DNA of 59,795 bases, the filler included, from Sphacelaria rigidula (taxonomy: Eukaryota): NCBI GenBank assembly GCA_964200075.2. It is 10 parts of 10 records of this genome, joined end to end, with 100 filler letters (N's around TTAATTAATTAA, not from the genome) between each part and the next. Parts side by side here need not be neighbours in the genome. Positions count along the whole stretch, not along the records: positions 41,929 to 47,817 come from CAXNAA020023705.1; positions 47,918 to 53,806 come from CAXNAA020023706.1; positions 53,907 to 59,795 come from CAXNAA020023707.1; 7 more parts are not named here. One strand, 5' to 3'. A model generated the notes under the pieces. The model saw only the letters and a program-made list of their open reading frames with translations. It searched no databases and was not told where the DNA came from. Numbering within the stretch: position 1 is the first letter of the stretch; each line of letters opens with the position of its first letter. Positions 46,180 to 59,149 of this stretch are shown one piece after another. The position numbers and the translations under genes are program-made.

Positions 46180-47025
46180 CGTGTTCGACGACTTCGGCGT
46201 TGCCAAACACGAAGAAGAACGCTCAAATTTGTTCCGAAAATATGGTGACAGGCCAATTTGTCCCCGAAATGACTCTTCCCCCTCTTTGGTGCCGGAGAGC
46301 GATGCATTGTGATGCATTGTGATGCGTAAAAGTTAGTGCCAAATGAAAATATCTGGAACGTCCTAGCTCCAGGTGTTCCGTTTTTGTAGTCATTTTCGAT
46401 TTCTGGTAGTTAGGGGGCATCACTCAACGTGCGCCATGGTACTTTAATCGTAACGTATGAACACCAAATTCTGGAAGATTACTTTCAAAACGTATTTCGA
46501 TGAGTCAATGAAGGAGAAGGAGAAAAAAACGTTTTCGTCGAGTACGGCGTTGCCAATCACAGACACAATGACCAAATTTGTTCCGGAAACTAGGGAATAG
46601 GCCATTTTCGTCCCCGCATTTCTTTTTTTCGAAGCGGATCCTACTAGTCTCATAAACATTCGTACCAGAACAGGAGGTCTTAAACGTCCCAGGTGTTCCA
46701 TTTTCGTAGTCATTGTCGATTTATGGTGACTAAGGAGCATCACTCAACGTGCGTCATAGAGTACGTTAATCGTAACCGATGAACACTAAACTTTGAGAGA
46801 TCACCACCAAAACGTATTTCAATGGGTTGACGAAGAAGAAGAAAAAAACAATAGTTTTTGTCGAGTGCGGCGTTGCCAAACACCGACTTGATGGCGAAAT
46901 TTGTTCCGAAAACCAGGGGGTAGGCGATTTCTATCCCCGCATTATCTTGTTTTTCCCCTTTAAAACGGCCCGCACAAATTTCTTGAACATCCGTACCAAA
47001 GGAGAGTTCTAAGACATCTAAGGTG
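46180..47025. repeat. Diverged tandem repeat, ~320-350-bp unit, ~2.5 copies
   Basis: cggcgttgccaa at 46195, 46545 and 46868. gcatcactcaacgtgcg occurs twice. Confidence 0.85.
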
Positions 47026-47445
47026 GCGAGAAATCAACAGCTACACAAAGGGTACCGCAATTGAAACAGGGGGTGTTTCGGCCGCATTTTTACGTCAAAA
47101 GAGCCATACTTCACATCTACTCCTGCAACTTGACTTGATTTTTTTTCAGTTTTGGAAAGCTTGGGTGGTGAAAGATTAAAGTGTTTCTCTCCGGATGCTC
47201 TGGGCATTGTTCTACGTGTCGTGGTTCCCACGAACCAGAGTTTTTCTCGCCAGGTGGCTTAAGCGTACCTTAATTGGGACAGTTACCGCTAGGTGATGAA
47301 CTTGAAGGGGCGTTCTGTCCGTCATCTCAGCGGTCTCCATACCAAGGATCTCTGTACACGAAAGCTGACCGCATCCGCCAACGCCTGGATAATATACCAG
47401 GGGGCAGCAGGCTGGGTCCCCCCCCCCTCCTTCCCCCCTCAAAAA

Positions 47446-47800
47446 CAACTATACAAGGAGGACCGGGACGTGCTAGGGGGGGAAATGCGGAACGTGAACA
47501 AAGGTGGCATGAACTCTTTTGATGCATTAGACAATAGGGAGAAAACGATGGCAATACTAGGAGATAGATGGTGGCCACAGACGGCGAAACAGGACGGGGA
47601 TAAGATATGTAAAAGGTTTTTGTGTAATGTATGGACGAATCGTCATGATGAGCTGCTGAAGAAACGTAATGAGCGCCAGAATGTAGGAGGTGTCCCTATT
47701 AGGAGTACGAACGGTGCTCCGTCTCGAAAGGGATGCGTGGTCAATGGTCAAACTACTAAGGCAAGCAACGAATACGTACGCCCCCCCCCCCCAAAACCCC
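47446..47800 (+). mobile_element. LINE ORF C-terminus and 3' end
   Basis: LYKEDRDVL...AILGDRWWPQTAKQDGDKICKRFLCNVW...GQTTKASN runs into oligo(C). Shorter 5'-truncated copies elsewhere share the same end. The LINE call is inference. Confidence 0.65.
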
Positions 47801-49085
47801 CAACGACCACCCACCACNNNNNNNNNNNNNNNNNNNNNNNNNNNNNNNNNNNNNNNNNNNNTTAATTAATTAANNNNNNNNNNNNNNNNNNNNNNNNNNN
47901 NNNNNNNNNNNNNNNNNCCCAAAAGGGGGGATTTAAAATGGAAAACAAAAAAAGACAAAAAAAAAAGGAAGCCCCCCCCCCCCCCCCCCCCCCCTCATTG
48001 TCGAGAGCGTCCGAGGTGGGGCGTTCGTTTTACTGTTCTAGTACCCAACCCTCATTCTGTAAAGGAGGGGCGGTGGATCATGATTTGCATTTAGAAAGGC
48101 CCTTCGTATTATCCCGCAATCTCCAATTGGACAAGAGGCATACGGACTTCCCTCCCTCCTGGAGATTGCATACCCTCCGCGATATGCGCGTGTACTATCT
48201 GACAGTGGGTGCCGTGTGTTGAAGTGCGCAAAATGCTCATATTCTGCATCAAAATGCCACAAAAGACAGGGCTCGCCTTTCCGACTGCAACGAAAATTGG
48301 ATGGAAATGTGTAAGGTGCTACAGCAGGTCGCATTCCACTTTCACGAACACGTTCACACGAGCTCACCATGATTCTCTGTACAGTTCTACTGTTGCCTAC
48401 TCGTCTGTACACGCGCATACGATACTACCACTTCAGCTTCATCAGAATGGGCTTCCGATGGGGTATTTTGTAATGGAACCATGTACGCTGACCGTCTTTC
48501 CTCCCTTCCTCAATGGCACGTGCCAGCGCCGTTGGCACACACGCGTTGGCGCGTGCCTCTTAGTGCGGTGACATCAGGGAGGCAACATGTTCGTTTTCAG
48601 TCGACCAGTTCAGCAAACCGACACCAGGGTCCAAATAGAGTCAGTACACCATGTGCGTTTGTGCTGCAAGCTCACGGCGCTACCCCGCAGGCGGTGGCGA
48701 TTGAGTTGTCGCCGTGAGCTTTGACCATGAGGTGTTACACGGCTAGAGGGATACAGTAGGCTGTAACCTGCCTTGTTCCCTCTTCCGAACAGGAGGTACT
48801 GACTGCTGTAAGAGTGGGCATTCCGGGCTTCAGGATCATAACAGCGGACACCTCATCGTTGGAAGGAAAGCCGCACGCAAGTCTACAATGCGCTGCGTGC
48901 AGCGACATGCAGATGAATATTCAGGTGATTCGCGTTGGATAGTGCAAGAGTGCAGCAATATTAAGAGGTGAACACGGGACAGATCTCAGTCTCTCGTGCT
49001 CTACACGTCGTGCTGCACACGATGAGGGCAAGACGAGAGGCAATCTGCCTGGACAGGAGGCTGAGATCCTTGCGCACAAACTCAC

Positions 49086-49155
49086 CTATTTGGTAGAGCC
49101 TGCCCTGGGGAGAGAAGACGGTGATTTGGTGGTCGTAGTTGGAATCCCTAGACAT
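49086..49155 (-). CDS. PSMA6: First exon of 20S proteasome subunit alpha type-6
   Basis: MSRDSNYDHQITVFSPQGRLYQI g|gtgagt, the alpha-subunit N-terminal signature YD..IT.FSP.GRL.Q. Alpha-type is secure, the paralogue call less so. Confidence 0.88.
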
Positions 49156-50641
49156 GGTACAGCAAAGTAGCTGAGCCTGGCGATGATCTCTCTCAACTGA
49201 CCACTACAACCTCTCTCCCCTGTACCACCCTCTCAAGCTCCGTGAGCCCTCCTCTCCGGGATTGCAGACGCCCCCCTTTGGTTGTTGTTGCACGACGGCA
49301 AACTAGAAAGACCTTCACGAGATAACTGCAGATTTATGGAACTCAGTCAGTTTTCAAAGCCAATACTGAACTTGTGCGTGACTTGCAGGGAGAGCGAGCT
49401 GGTGTGTTTACTCTTGTTGCTGTTTGTTCTTCGTCGAGAGAAGGTTGCCCTTCTCCTGAACTCCGCATTACCTGTGGCTGCCTATTTGCCATTTTCCAAA
49501 CATTCTAAATATTTTAACGCCACACCAACCAATTCGCAGACCGCTGTCGACAACGCAAGAGCCGATGGGGTCTCACAACGTAGTACTGTCTGTAGTCTGT
49601 AGAGTAGAGATGTAACTGTGGTCTGTAGAGTAGAGATGTAACTCAATCCGTACTCGGTACTCGACGAATCTGATTCCAACTTCCAGGATGCAAAGTAAAC
49701 TCTTGTTAAAATTGGTGGGTTATTTATGCCGTAGTACGACTTGAGGATCTAGCCGATAAATCCAGACCCGTATGTTTGCATCCGATCACAGATGCGCATC
49801 ATATCTCACCGCTTTCTGATGCCGCCTCGCCCACATATACCCTCCGAGATATAGTGATACATTGCAATTCAATATTCAGGCTGGTGCCTTGCACTGCGGT
49901 GAGGTAGCTCACTCAAGATAGATTTCGACATGGTCAAAGCGAAAACATGATGGGACTATTCAACATGATGAGTATGCACGACAGACAGCATAAATGTCAC
50001 TACCGTGTGCACGTTGAATATCACCCCTCCATCTGTGAAACAGCATTCAACGATTCGTCGAAGAATGGCCGAAGCATGATTGTGTGCTGCACGTTAGATG
50101 ACTTCATTGAATACAAAAAGTACAGACCCACTCGTCCAGTAGGGAGCGGGATCACCACGTGGATCGAATACACATGCTCAATTGTTTCGTATGTCTCTTC
50201 GTATTGGTCGCGACGCCCGTGGTGATTCACGCACACAGCCCGATGGCCTAAGGATCTATGCAAACGCACTGAATCGCGCCGAACACCGGATAGTACCCCT
50301 ACAAGGTCGGTAGACAGTACACTTTGTACATTTGCCCCCAGCTTCATCCATCGTGGACGAAGGGCATGTCGCCATAACCCTTTGCTCTTAGAGCCCGGCG
50401 TGTATATCAATCCATGGAATATCCAGGTAGTACAAGTATCCTTCGGAATATTCAATTGACGGATTATATCATCGTGAGACTTTTCTTCATGAGAATCCAT
50501 CCAAGATAATCCGTGAAGCCAATCCGATTTGCATGTCTGCTTTTCACCGAGGGCAATCTCTGACAGAGGTAAATTCCCGTCCGCTGTTTGTCACAAATAT
50601 CAAGTACCTAGACCCAACCGCTGCCGATATATCAAGTCAAG

Positions 50642-50773
50642 ATGTTCTTCAATTCCGTGTCCCCGTTCTTCGTTGCCATGGTATGCTGCCTATTGGTGGC
50701 AACGCAGGCATTTATGGCTCCCTCCGTTGTTGTACGATCGGCTGCGAGACCAGCATCATCGAGCTTAAAAATG
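50642..50773 (+). CDS. First exon encoding a bipartite plastid-targeting presequence
   Basis: Hydrophobic signal peptide, ASAFAP-type site TQA-FMAP, S/R/A-rich transit peptide ending SSSLKM|gtgagt. Confidence 0.75.
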
Positions 50774-51240
50774 GTGAGTCGTGTCGCGATCATGAGCGAA
50801 AGTTTGGCCCTACTGTGCGTGCCCCACCCATGAGTTGACGGGGGATGTAGACGAAGAGTCACCGTCACCGTTCAGCGAAACCCGCCACGCTGCTGGCTAA
50901 CTGTGCTCCAGAGTGTTTATTGAGCAATTGTATTTCGGGTCGTTCTATGTGCGAGAGGTTTTGTGATGAAACATGTCACATCATCGTCACCCGACAGGAC
51001 TGTACAATCGAGTTATGTGAAGGGTAACAACAGCGAATCCATCGTGTCCCTCAACCGCAACGCAAATGCTGCAACACACGCACACGTTGAAGGTTGAAAG
51101 TCTGCAGTATTGCTGTCGAAAGTCTGCAGTCGTAGGGTCTGTAGTGTCTAGGTTGTCTTTGCTCGAGCGCATGTTGGAGGGACTTGAAACCCTTTTTACT
51201 TGAACCCTGAGGGCGCCTCCAGGCGCAACGCATTCACCCC

Positions 51241-52018
51241 TCACGATCTGCCCGTTACCAACACACACACGTACTTGCCGTGACTACGTAACATTAGACA
51301 CGATTGCCAGACATTTAAGCCTACGCAATGTGCACTCTCGCAAGGCTTCTGCCCATATCATGCCCTCGATCCTTCTCACAGATCACAATAGCTCATTATC
51401 GTCGTTTAAACCCGCAAAACCGTATTGCGGAATCTATTCGGTTACCGGTGCTGTGCAACACTCCCAGCAGACGGTTGTATCGCACAGCCAACACAGCCAG
51501 TAAAGTAGTCAGTGCTCCATGTGCGTGGTTCGGGGAGTCCGACACACCTTTTCGCTGGCCCTCTCTCGAATGAGGACGGAACGGGCTGTTGTAGGTGAAT
51601 CGTTGTATGTATTGTACTGTATGCATCCTGTATGGTGTGGCATACACACCGACCCGCGACGTTACTGCACAAGTACTGTAGTGTAGTGCTGTCCTGTCGG
51701 TACAACCGCGACGTTGCTAGTCAGGGTACAGACGAGAAAGTACTTGGCCCGTCTTCAACGTACGTTGACTTCCGATCCGAAGTTGTGCGCAGCTAGTCGT
51801 GCGTAAACGACCTTCATCTGCCGAAAAAATACCAAGCTAGACGAAAATAGTCGATAGTTGTACGAGTACAGGATGTGACCACTTCCGTTCCTTATCCGGC
51901 AAAGGGACGGAAGAGGGCGGGGGGCAAGTGCCGAAACGGAGAGAAGCGATGTTCCGTACACTCACCCGGGAATAGAGAACGAACTCGCTCGCGAGGTGAT
52001 TGTTGGGTTGGGTTCCCC
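51241..52018 (-). CDS. Putative last four exons of an unknown gene (52018-51966, 51817-51764, 51585-51548, 51247-51241)
   Basis: Phase-consistent GT-AG junctions give GTQPNNHLASEFVLYSR|MKVVYARLAAHNFGSEVN|PVPSSFERGPAKR|S*. No homology recognised. Confidence 0.45.
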
Positions 52019-52759
52019 CTTTCGTCAAGAAGAAGAAAAGACCAAGAATATAAGATGGATCACTCTTGAGTAGAGGTCGGAAACGGTACCAGATATAACT
52101 GGCCATTATCACTATGATGGTCATGATGGTAATGGTTGTATGATTTTTTTGGAAAATGGTTTCAAACCATTATTTACCGTTACCGGCTACGTATGCTACA
52201 GTCCTTAAAAATCGGCCCAAATTACCATTTTACTGGTTTATGAGTGCGCTACGCGTAACCGTTCTACTGGTTAATGGTTAGACTAACAATTCCCGAGCTC
52301 TGCTCTTGAGCATGCTGCAACTGGCATGTGCGAAGTAACCTTTTTCGACAGCTCATGTTCGAGCTTTTTGTCTCTGTGCTTCTATCATTTACTCCACCAC
52401 TAGAATACGAAGCATACCAACAGCGCCCATGTGTGTTTGTTCCCTTAGGTATACCTCGACTGCAGTCTCACTAGTTGGGTGGGCAAAAATTGTGTCGGAT
52501 CTTGATTGTTGCCTCAAACGTAGTACAGTGCAGTTGCTGGCTGTTACCCGTATCACCGCGGGTAAAAAGCACCCCAAAACAGACCGTCCAAGAGTAATCT
52601 TGAAAATCTCAAGGCTTGGATACACCTACTGAGATGTGGCAACGTTCTTTTCTTCATCTATTCCTTGGAGAATGGCGTAATGAGGTGGATACACGGCAGC
52701 CAAGTATGGTTTCTCAAGAAGTCAGTTTACCACTTGGTCGGACAAGAAATTTCTCGGAA

Positions 52760-52900
52760 ATATGCGATCTCGAACCAACGCTAACGCTGACCCTAACCCT
52801 AACCCCCACCCAAGGCATATCGAATACCCTTCGGGCGAGGGGGTTGCGAAGTGTTCCCGAGGCAAAGTGTGGCGTTGGTAGGCCTCAAATCGGTGCCACA
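52760..52900 (-). repeat. TTAGGG-bearing interspersed repeat
   Basis: Reverse homologue of 30400-30510. Confidence 0.8.
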
Positions 52901-52904
52901 GGCA

Positions 52905-52976
52905 CCGTCTATCATGAGACCACGGCTGGACCCCTGGGGGGTCAGTAAAAGTGCGACAATCAACCAATCAAATCAA
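52905..52976 (+). mobile_element. Very short LINE/SINE 3' end with TCAA-type tail
   Basis: tctatcatgagaccacggctggacccctggggggtcag...caatcaaccaatcaaatc. Confidence 0.8.
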
Positions 52977-53559
52977 AAGGTGGCGATTTCGACAGAAACG
53001 CGTTCTGTGCAATTTATTATAGGAGCACCTGGAACTGTCAGCCCCACTAAAGATCCGACTACCGGTGTTTACGCTCAATCCACGCAACAGGATTCCGTGG
53101 AAGTTTCATCCCACCACGTGGTGAAATCTACTGCGCAAGGAATCGAGAATGTATGTAAAGGTATGATTCGCACGCAGCGTTCGCTGACTTGAACACACTT
53201 CCCGACATTGAGACACGGCAAGGTGCAGCTACGCGCCGGCTTGAAATGACTCGATCATTTTGGCTGTTAGTATGCCAATTTGTGTCGGATTTATGGTTGC
53301 TGCGGACGTCTGTGAGGCTTGGTTTTGATGTATCAATCCTCAGGCAGTGCAATATCCCTAATTGCTCATCGTGAAGAGGTCAAGCGCGGTACAGACACTC
53401 CATGTGCCCTCAGCCACACCTTCGTGGTCGTCTGCACTACAGTCGAAGAGCATCGTCATTCGATACATGAGCGAATTTGCCTCTGAATCCGCTTTTTTAT
53501 TTTCGACCTTGCGACGCACTGAGCTCTTGACTTCGCCCGAGAGTTTCCATCAGTGAGTG

Positions 53560-53770
53560 ATGCCGCGCGGTAGCCTCCTCCAGAAAAAGGGCTGATTTGA
53601 GGAGGCAAAATCTACATGTACACCGACGTGACACAAACAGGGCACACCGAACAGCTAGGCACTCCCGGATTGTTTTCGCCAATGTCGTCCATATGAGGAG
53701 CTTCATGAAGTCTGAACCTGGTTATCATAAAATGAATGACCGTATTCTTCATGACAGTATGAGGGGGGGG
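53560..53770 (+). mobile_element. Old copy of the 4-bp-TSD MITE family
   Basis: gttttcgccaatgtcgtccatatgagg.gcttcatg.ag.ctgaacc is shared with 12635-12895. Confidence 0.65.
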
Positions 53771-54708
53771 GGGTGTACTCATGATCATGCATGCCATAGT
53801 CATAAGNNNNNNNNNNNNNNNNNNNNNNNNNNNNNNNNNNNNNNNNNNNNTTAATTAATTAANNNNNNNNNNNNNNNNNNNNNNNNNNNNNNNNNNNNNN
53901 NNNNNNCCCCCCCCCCCTTCACTCCTCGTGGCACCGACTCCTCCCCTGCTCAAGGTCCGCGCGGTGTTGCGTGCATTAATCTCGCGGTTGGCGTCCGCTG
54001 AGTTCCACGTTCACCGCCTATTCTAATTTTGCTCCCGATGTTGTTCCACCGCGAATCGTTTCAAAATTGATCGTTACAGACGGGCGAGGGAAACACGTAT
54101 GCCGACCTGTGCAGCAAAGCGGCCGGCTCCGAGGAGTGCGACCCGTCCGTACGCGGCGTCACTCGCTTCTGGGGTAACGACTTTGACACATACGAGGTGC
54201 GTGTGTACGATATACGCCAGATACGCACAATACGTGCGTCTACGAACGTACGGTATGTGTACAACAAGATGTAGACGGTACTGGTGTAAGGTATACGTGA
54301 GAAATGCGCGAAACCTACGCAAGATGTGAGTAACGATCTTACGATATCTTTATACATCAAACGTACGATGGAGTAGGCAAGACATGGGTACACGCGGGAC
54401 CTACACAAGTAGAACGTAGTCGGGACGCGCGTGAAATATACTATCAGACGTATGTAATACGTATACGAGACGTACGATAGGTATGAACTGTGGGCGTACA
54501 TGAGGATGGCGTTACGAGATGACGCATCGTGCAGCACAGTAGTCGCGCCCGTCTACAAACGGCTAGGGCTCGACCGAGCTGAGGGGTACCGCAACTTGAG
54601 TCCTGGATGTTACAAAGCAAGAAGATGTTGAGAGGGGCGGTACATACACGCCAAGGGTACACATGGCGTATAAATATGAACTGACGTTGATCCACAACGT
54701 TCCAACAG

Positions 54709-54858
54709 GCCTCGGTGACGAACGATGCCGACCTGCTGGAGGCCGTCAACATGGAGTTCTACCCGGACGGTCAGCAGGTTGCCCCCGCCTCACTGTTCGG
54801 CAACAGCGTCGTCTATGACTCCGAAGGGGCAGTAGTGTCTGCTGTGGCCATGGCCCAG
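54709..54858 (+). CDS. Patched/NPC1-like sterol-sensing-domain protein, exon a
   Basis: cag|ASVTNDADLLEAVN...AVAMAQ|gt, phase 0/0. Confidence 0.8.
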
Positions 54859-55424
54859 GTATACAAGAAACAACGCGCTTGCTTCCTCCCCAACCGAATC
54901 ACTTTTATTATGCTTCGCCCACCATGTGCATTATGTATATATATATATATATATTATGATATATCTAGAAGGAGTCATAACTCAACATCAGAACCAACCG
55001 ATTGCGTACCCTGTGAGGTGTAGTTAACTTCGGTGTGTTGCTTTTTGCCAAAAACCTTCGAGTCCTTCCCTTTGCTTGCGCCCATCCTGTGTTCGTTCGC
55101 TGTTATACGTAGCTCCAACTCCGCTTTGACGCGGATCATATGTTGACGTTATTTTTTGTTTTCTTCTGCTGGAGGCGTGAATTCTGCTCCCATTGAATCG
55201 TTCACTTTTTTTTTTTTGCAGCCTTCGTAACAGCGGCTACGTTGTTTTTGTTTTTAAAGCGAACGGCTGTCGCGTGCATTTTAATATAGATGCGGTATAA
55301 CATTGTGGACCTAGCAAGTGACGGGTCTCAGACTTACATGAACTGAGTGCTGTTATGTAAAAGTTGAACCAACGTGACCTTGCGTGCTCTGTTTGCGAGT
55401 TTTTTTTTTTTTGCGTGGTTCCCC

Positions 55425-55570
55425 GCACTGCCCCAGTGCTCCGTCTCGAAAGGGATGCGTGGTCAATGGTCAAACGACCAAGGCAAGCAACAAATAGGCA
55501 CACGTCCTCTGCCCCCCTGGTCAATGGTCCAACGACTAAGGCAAGCAACAAATGAGTACGCCCCCTCCCG
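55425..55570 (+). mobile_element. LINE 3' end (terminal segment duplicated), intronic
   Basis: gctccgtctcgaaagggatgcgtggtcaatggtc...aaatgagtacgccccc. Confidence 0.75.
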
Positions 55571-55669
55571 CCATTGTGTCGCAATCACATGATTAATTTG
55601 CTCTCGGTCGTTGTTCCGTCTGATCATGTCGGGCCGCCTCGATTCGCTTGACTGGTGATCACATGTCAG

Positions 55670-55753
55670 TCGTACTCCGTCTTCAAGAGTAGCGATTTCG
55701 AGGAGGAACCGCTGGCGTGGCAGGCGCAGTTTCAGGATCTCCTTGAAGCCGAG
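55670..55753 (+). CDS. Patched/NPC1-like protein, exon b
   Basis: cag|SYSVFKSSDFEEEPLAWQAQFQDLLEAE|gt, phase 0/0. Confidence 0.82.
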
Positions 55754-56388
55754 GTGAATACAACCATGTTTTATGACATCTTGATGTTTTGGCGGGTGCT
55801 GGAGTTGAGAATGGTTCGGCAGACGACGGGCGTGAGCCACATTATACACTCTGAGCAAGATGACGCTTGGGCATGCGTACAAGGACGCCGTTTCCTAGCC
55901 GTAGAAGCCGGAATGTAGCACGAGTAGCGCGAGTAGCGCGAGTAGGATGCTTGGCATTGCTGTCTTCAACATACCAACCGAACCATATGTTCCGAATCAA
56001 GGGTTCACCTCGCCCCCCCCCCCCCACCCCCCGCCAAATTGCAACAATTATTGACACAACTCATTATTACACAGTATGTGTGCCGTACATCCCCACTTAC
56101 TATTGGTGTTAATAGCGCAGGCTATAATAGGCACACGCTCACAAACAATTTGTGCCAAATCATACATGCTTTTGGTTTGTTTGCCCCCATCCGTTTTCAC
56201 GTCGAGGATGCAATGCAAAGTGCACACAGTACGGCATATCTTTCCTGAGCTCCGCGTCCGTTTACACTTAATGCACCCTTTTCCCATTCCCCGTCCCCGA
56301 GCACCATTCCGTTGTACACGTGCGGAACATTCGCGAACCATTCGATCGAAACTGATGGCATATCATGTGCTTTTTTTTGTGTGATTAG

Positions 56389-56497
56389 GGGGAGGCCTAT
56401 AGCAATATCTTCAGCGTGAGGTACATTACCGGAAGATCCATCGAAGATGCGCTGGCGGAGTCGCTATCGGGGGAGATCTTCCTTTTCGTCTGCACCT
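56389..56497 (+). CDS. Patched/NPC1-like protein, exon c
   Basis: tag|GEAYSNIFSVRYITGRSIEDALAESLSGEIFLFVCT t|gt. RSIED motif precedes the SSD as in NPC1. Not in the ORF track. Confidence 0.88.
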
Positions 56498-57872
56498 GTA
56501 CGTCGTGAGCGTGACATGATCTTGTGATTGTTATTGTTGTTGTTGTTTCTCACACTATTAATAGCCATTTTATGAAAAAAGTCTTGAGCCCGTGGTCGCA
56601 GAGCCGTGACACAAAAAGACAGAATACAGGGGGAGGGGAGGGAGAGATAATAAAGCGACCACGAACATAATTAATGAACACGATGCCCCGCAGAACGGGG
56701 TTCTTGAAACAGATATGTCAGCGACAAAGTGGTGTATGATTTTTCTTTTGTATGTTCTGTGTGTGTATGTGTGTGTGTTTTGTTCGCCGACAATACCGGA
56801 GAATTTCGTCTTTTCGAGTTTTGTTGAAGTATGCATACACACACATGTAGAGAGAGATGGGGTTACATGACACTGCGTCGCATGGCTTAAGGCCAATCAA
56901 CACTATTTTTTGGGAGACCTCCGAATTTTTCGGGACTGGCTAGGTGCCTGATGACTCTTGAGTTCTTGCGAGAGCGCCACCGGGGTGCGCACAGGGCAGC
57001 TCTCGAAAGTGCTTCCGTTGCATTCCGAATTTCTCGAACTTTGCCAGAGAGAGCTTTGGAAAAAAAAAAATGAAGCCGATTCATTTTCGGAGAATTCTGA
57101 ACGGAGAGCCCAGAAAGTCCGAAAATTTATGACACCTCTTGAAAAAAAAAACAGTGTCGATCGAAAATAATGGGCCTTACACATGTTGGCGTTTTTTTCA
57201 GATAGCATTGATGTCTTGTCTCCTCCATGTGTGTTGGTGACGATTTGCGCGGTTTCACATTTCCTTGAAGTTGTGCCTGCCAAGATAAGTATGTCGTGTG
57301 CATCCGAACGTCGGAGCTGCAGCTTTTGGCGTAGCGGAATTTTCCCCCCACATTGCACACGAAACGATACGCACGAGGATTGTGTTTCAAAACTAGTTGG
57401 TTGCATTTGAATTGTAGGGTGCAGGAAAAGTAGTTGTTCCGTCTCAAAAACGATGTCGAAAACAAGCGTTTATTTAAATATCAATACGTGTATTGTTCAG
57501 GGAAAATACCTGTTTTCCTCGGTTATATCTATTTATTGTCCTTCCCTTTTCCAAAAAATAAAATCCAACCTACTATCCAACCATCCATCTCCTAACAACC
57601 TTGAATTAATCAGTTAATTCAATTAATTAATTAATTAATTGATCAAAGATTGTTCGAGGATGGGTGTATATATATTTTCTCTTTTCTGTTATTTTGTCTC
57701 TCCGCGTGTGTTTGCGTCTTGCGATTTTCCCTTCGCATAGAGCTCCGTTTTCACTTGAATACCCGTGTTGTGATTTCCGAATAATAACACGTCAACTTTC
57801 ATACGTTCGTTGTTCGTTTGGGTGATTGCGCGTTGACGTGTTTTCCCGTGATCGGTTGGATACTGCGCGCAG

Positions 57873-58016
57873 ACATCATCATGATCATCTTTGTGACCAT
57901 CATCATCGGCAAGTGCCGCGGAGGGTCCGTCCGCCGTCGCACGTGGCTGGGGCTGGGCGGCGTCGGGCTTGTGGTCGCCGCCGGTCTCGCAGGCTACGGC
58001 GTCAACAGCGGATTCG
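57873..58016 (+). CDS. Patched/NPC1-like protein, exon d
   Basis: YIIMIIFVTIIIG...RTWLGLGGVGLVVAAGLAGYG, SSD transmembrane helices, phase 1/1. Confidence 0.92.
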
Positions 58017-58266
58017 GTCAGTCTTGTTCGTTTGATTTGGAGTCGATGGAGGTTGTTGTTGTTGTTGATGATGATTATGATGATTATGTTGCTGTTGATG
58101 CTGCTGCCGCTGTTTGCTGCTTTTCCCATGCGAATCCCGGCAATCCGCACCCTTTTTTCTCATTTTTTATTTCTAACGTTTCTTGTCTTCGCGGTTGCTG
58201 CTTGTCACTTGTTGCTCTTTTTATTTGTGTGCGTGTGTGGGTTGCCCGTGTCCTTGGTGTACACAG

Positions 58267-58334
58267 GCGTCCCCTTCACGTCACTTCTGCAGATCTTGCC
58301 TTTCATCCTCATCGGTATCGGAGTTGACGATATG
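58267..58334 (+). CDS. Patched/NPC1-like protein, exon e
   Basis: GVPFTSLLQILPFILIGIGVDDM, the GxxxDD motif of RND/SSD proteins. Confidence 0.95.
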
Positions 58335-58751
58335 GTGAGCCAGCTAGCCAGCCATGTGAACTACGAACAACACGCCGTCCATCGTATCTCACGAGTGCAT
58401 TTCTTGTGCAAACAGAAACTCAGTCCGTCCCACTTCGCTCGTCATTCTACGCCTCCTCGGTAGGAGGGTAGCTCTTTTGGCTCTTGAAAATAGCCAGATC
58501 TTGTATATCATGAGTTGTTTATGCCCCGTTGTAATCTGAGCACACTTTCGTTCCACCTGTGTTTTACTTTTTTGTGTGGACGATTAGTTGTTGTGTGTGA
58601 TGTTGGCGAGAATCCCGTGGTTTCATCGTCGTGTTTGTTTCAGATTGTATGCATGTGATGATGTATTTTTCGCGTATTTTCGAGAACACTTTGTTTTGCT
58701 ATATAGTAAACACAAGAAGTTCTCGCGTCGTCTGTTATGCATGTCCAATTT

Positions 58752-58985
58752 TCAAAATTCGATTTCACGGTCGACGAGGGAAAAGGGGCTGCTTAACCCC
58801 TCTCGCGATAAAATATAAAAGGCAAGCACCGCAGAAGGAAGGTGGAGTACTCTTGAAACAAACAAAAAGGAAAAAAAATACTCCTGTGTTGTTGACCTTT
58901 CTCCTGTGTGACCCCGGCTGATGCGCCCACATATACCGAAAGGTGTACACTGTCGTCCAGAATAGAAGGGACAACAACACACCAG
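58752..58985 (+). mobile_element. SINE family A, 5'-truncated, intronic
   Basis: Reverse complement of the 8545-8760 body, tail acaacaacacac. Confidence 0.8.
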
Positions 58986-59149
58986 TAGATCTGAGGGCTT
59001 GTACGTGAACAATGGTTGGCACTCGATTTTACTCGATTTCAGACTGAACAAAGTTCTGAGAAAATTCATGGTCTGAGGCAGGTGAGCAGTGGTGAGCAGT
59101 AGACCCAGCTCGTCCAGAACGTGTTTTGGGTCCAAGATCGACTAAAAGG

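Noticed and set aside
38935..49155. Apparent proteasome gene cluster (RPN8 and PSMA6 about 10 kb apart)
   Set aside because: They lie on different scaffolds separated by two artificial linkers.
50021..50500. 159-aa minus-strand ORF between the divergent genes
   Set aside because: No recognisable motif or splice support.
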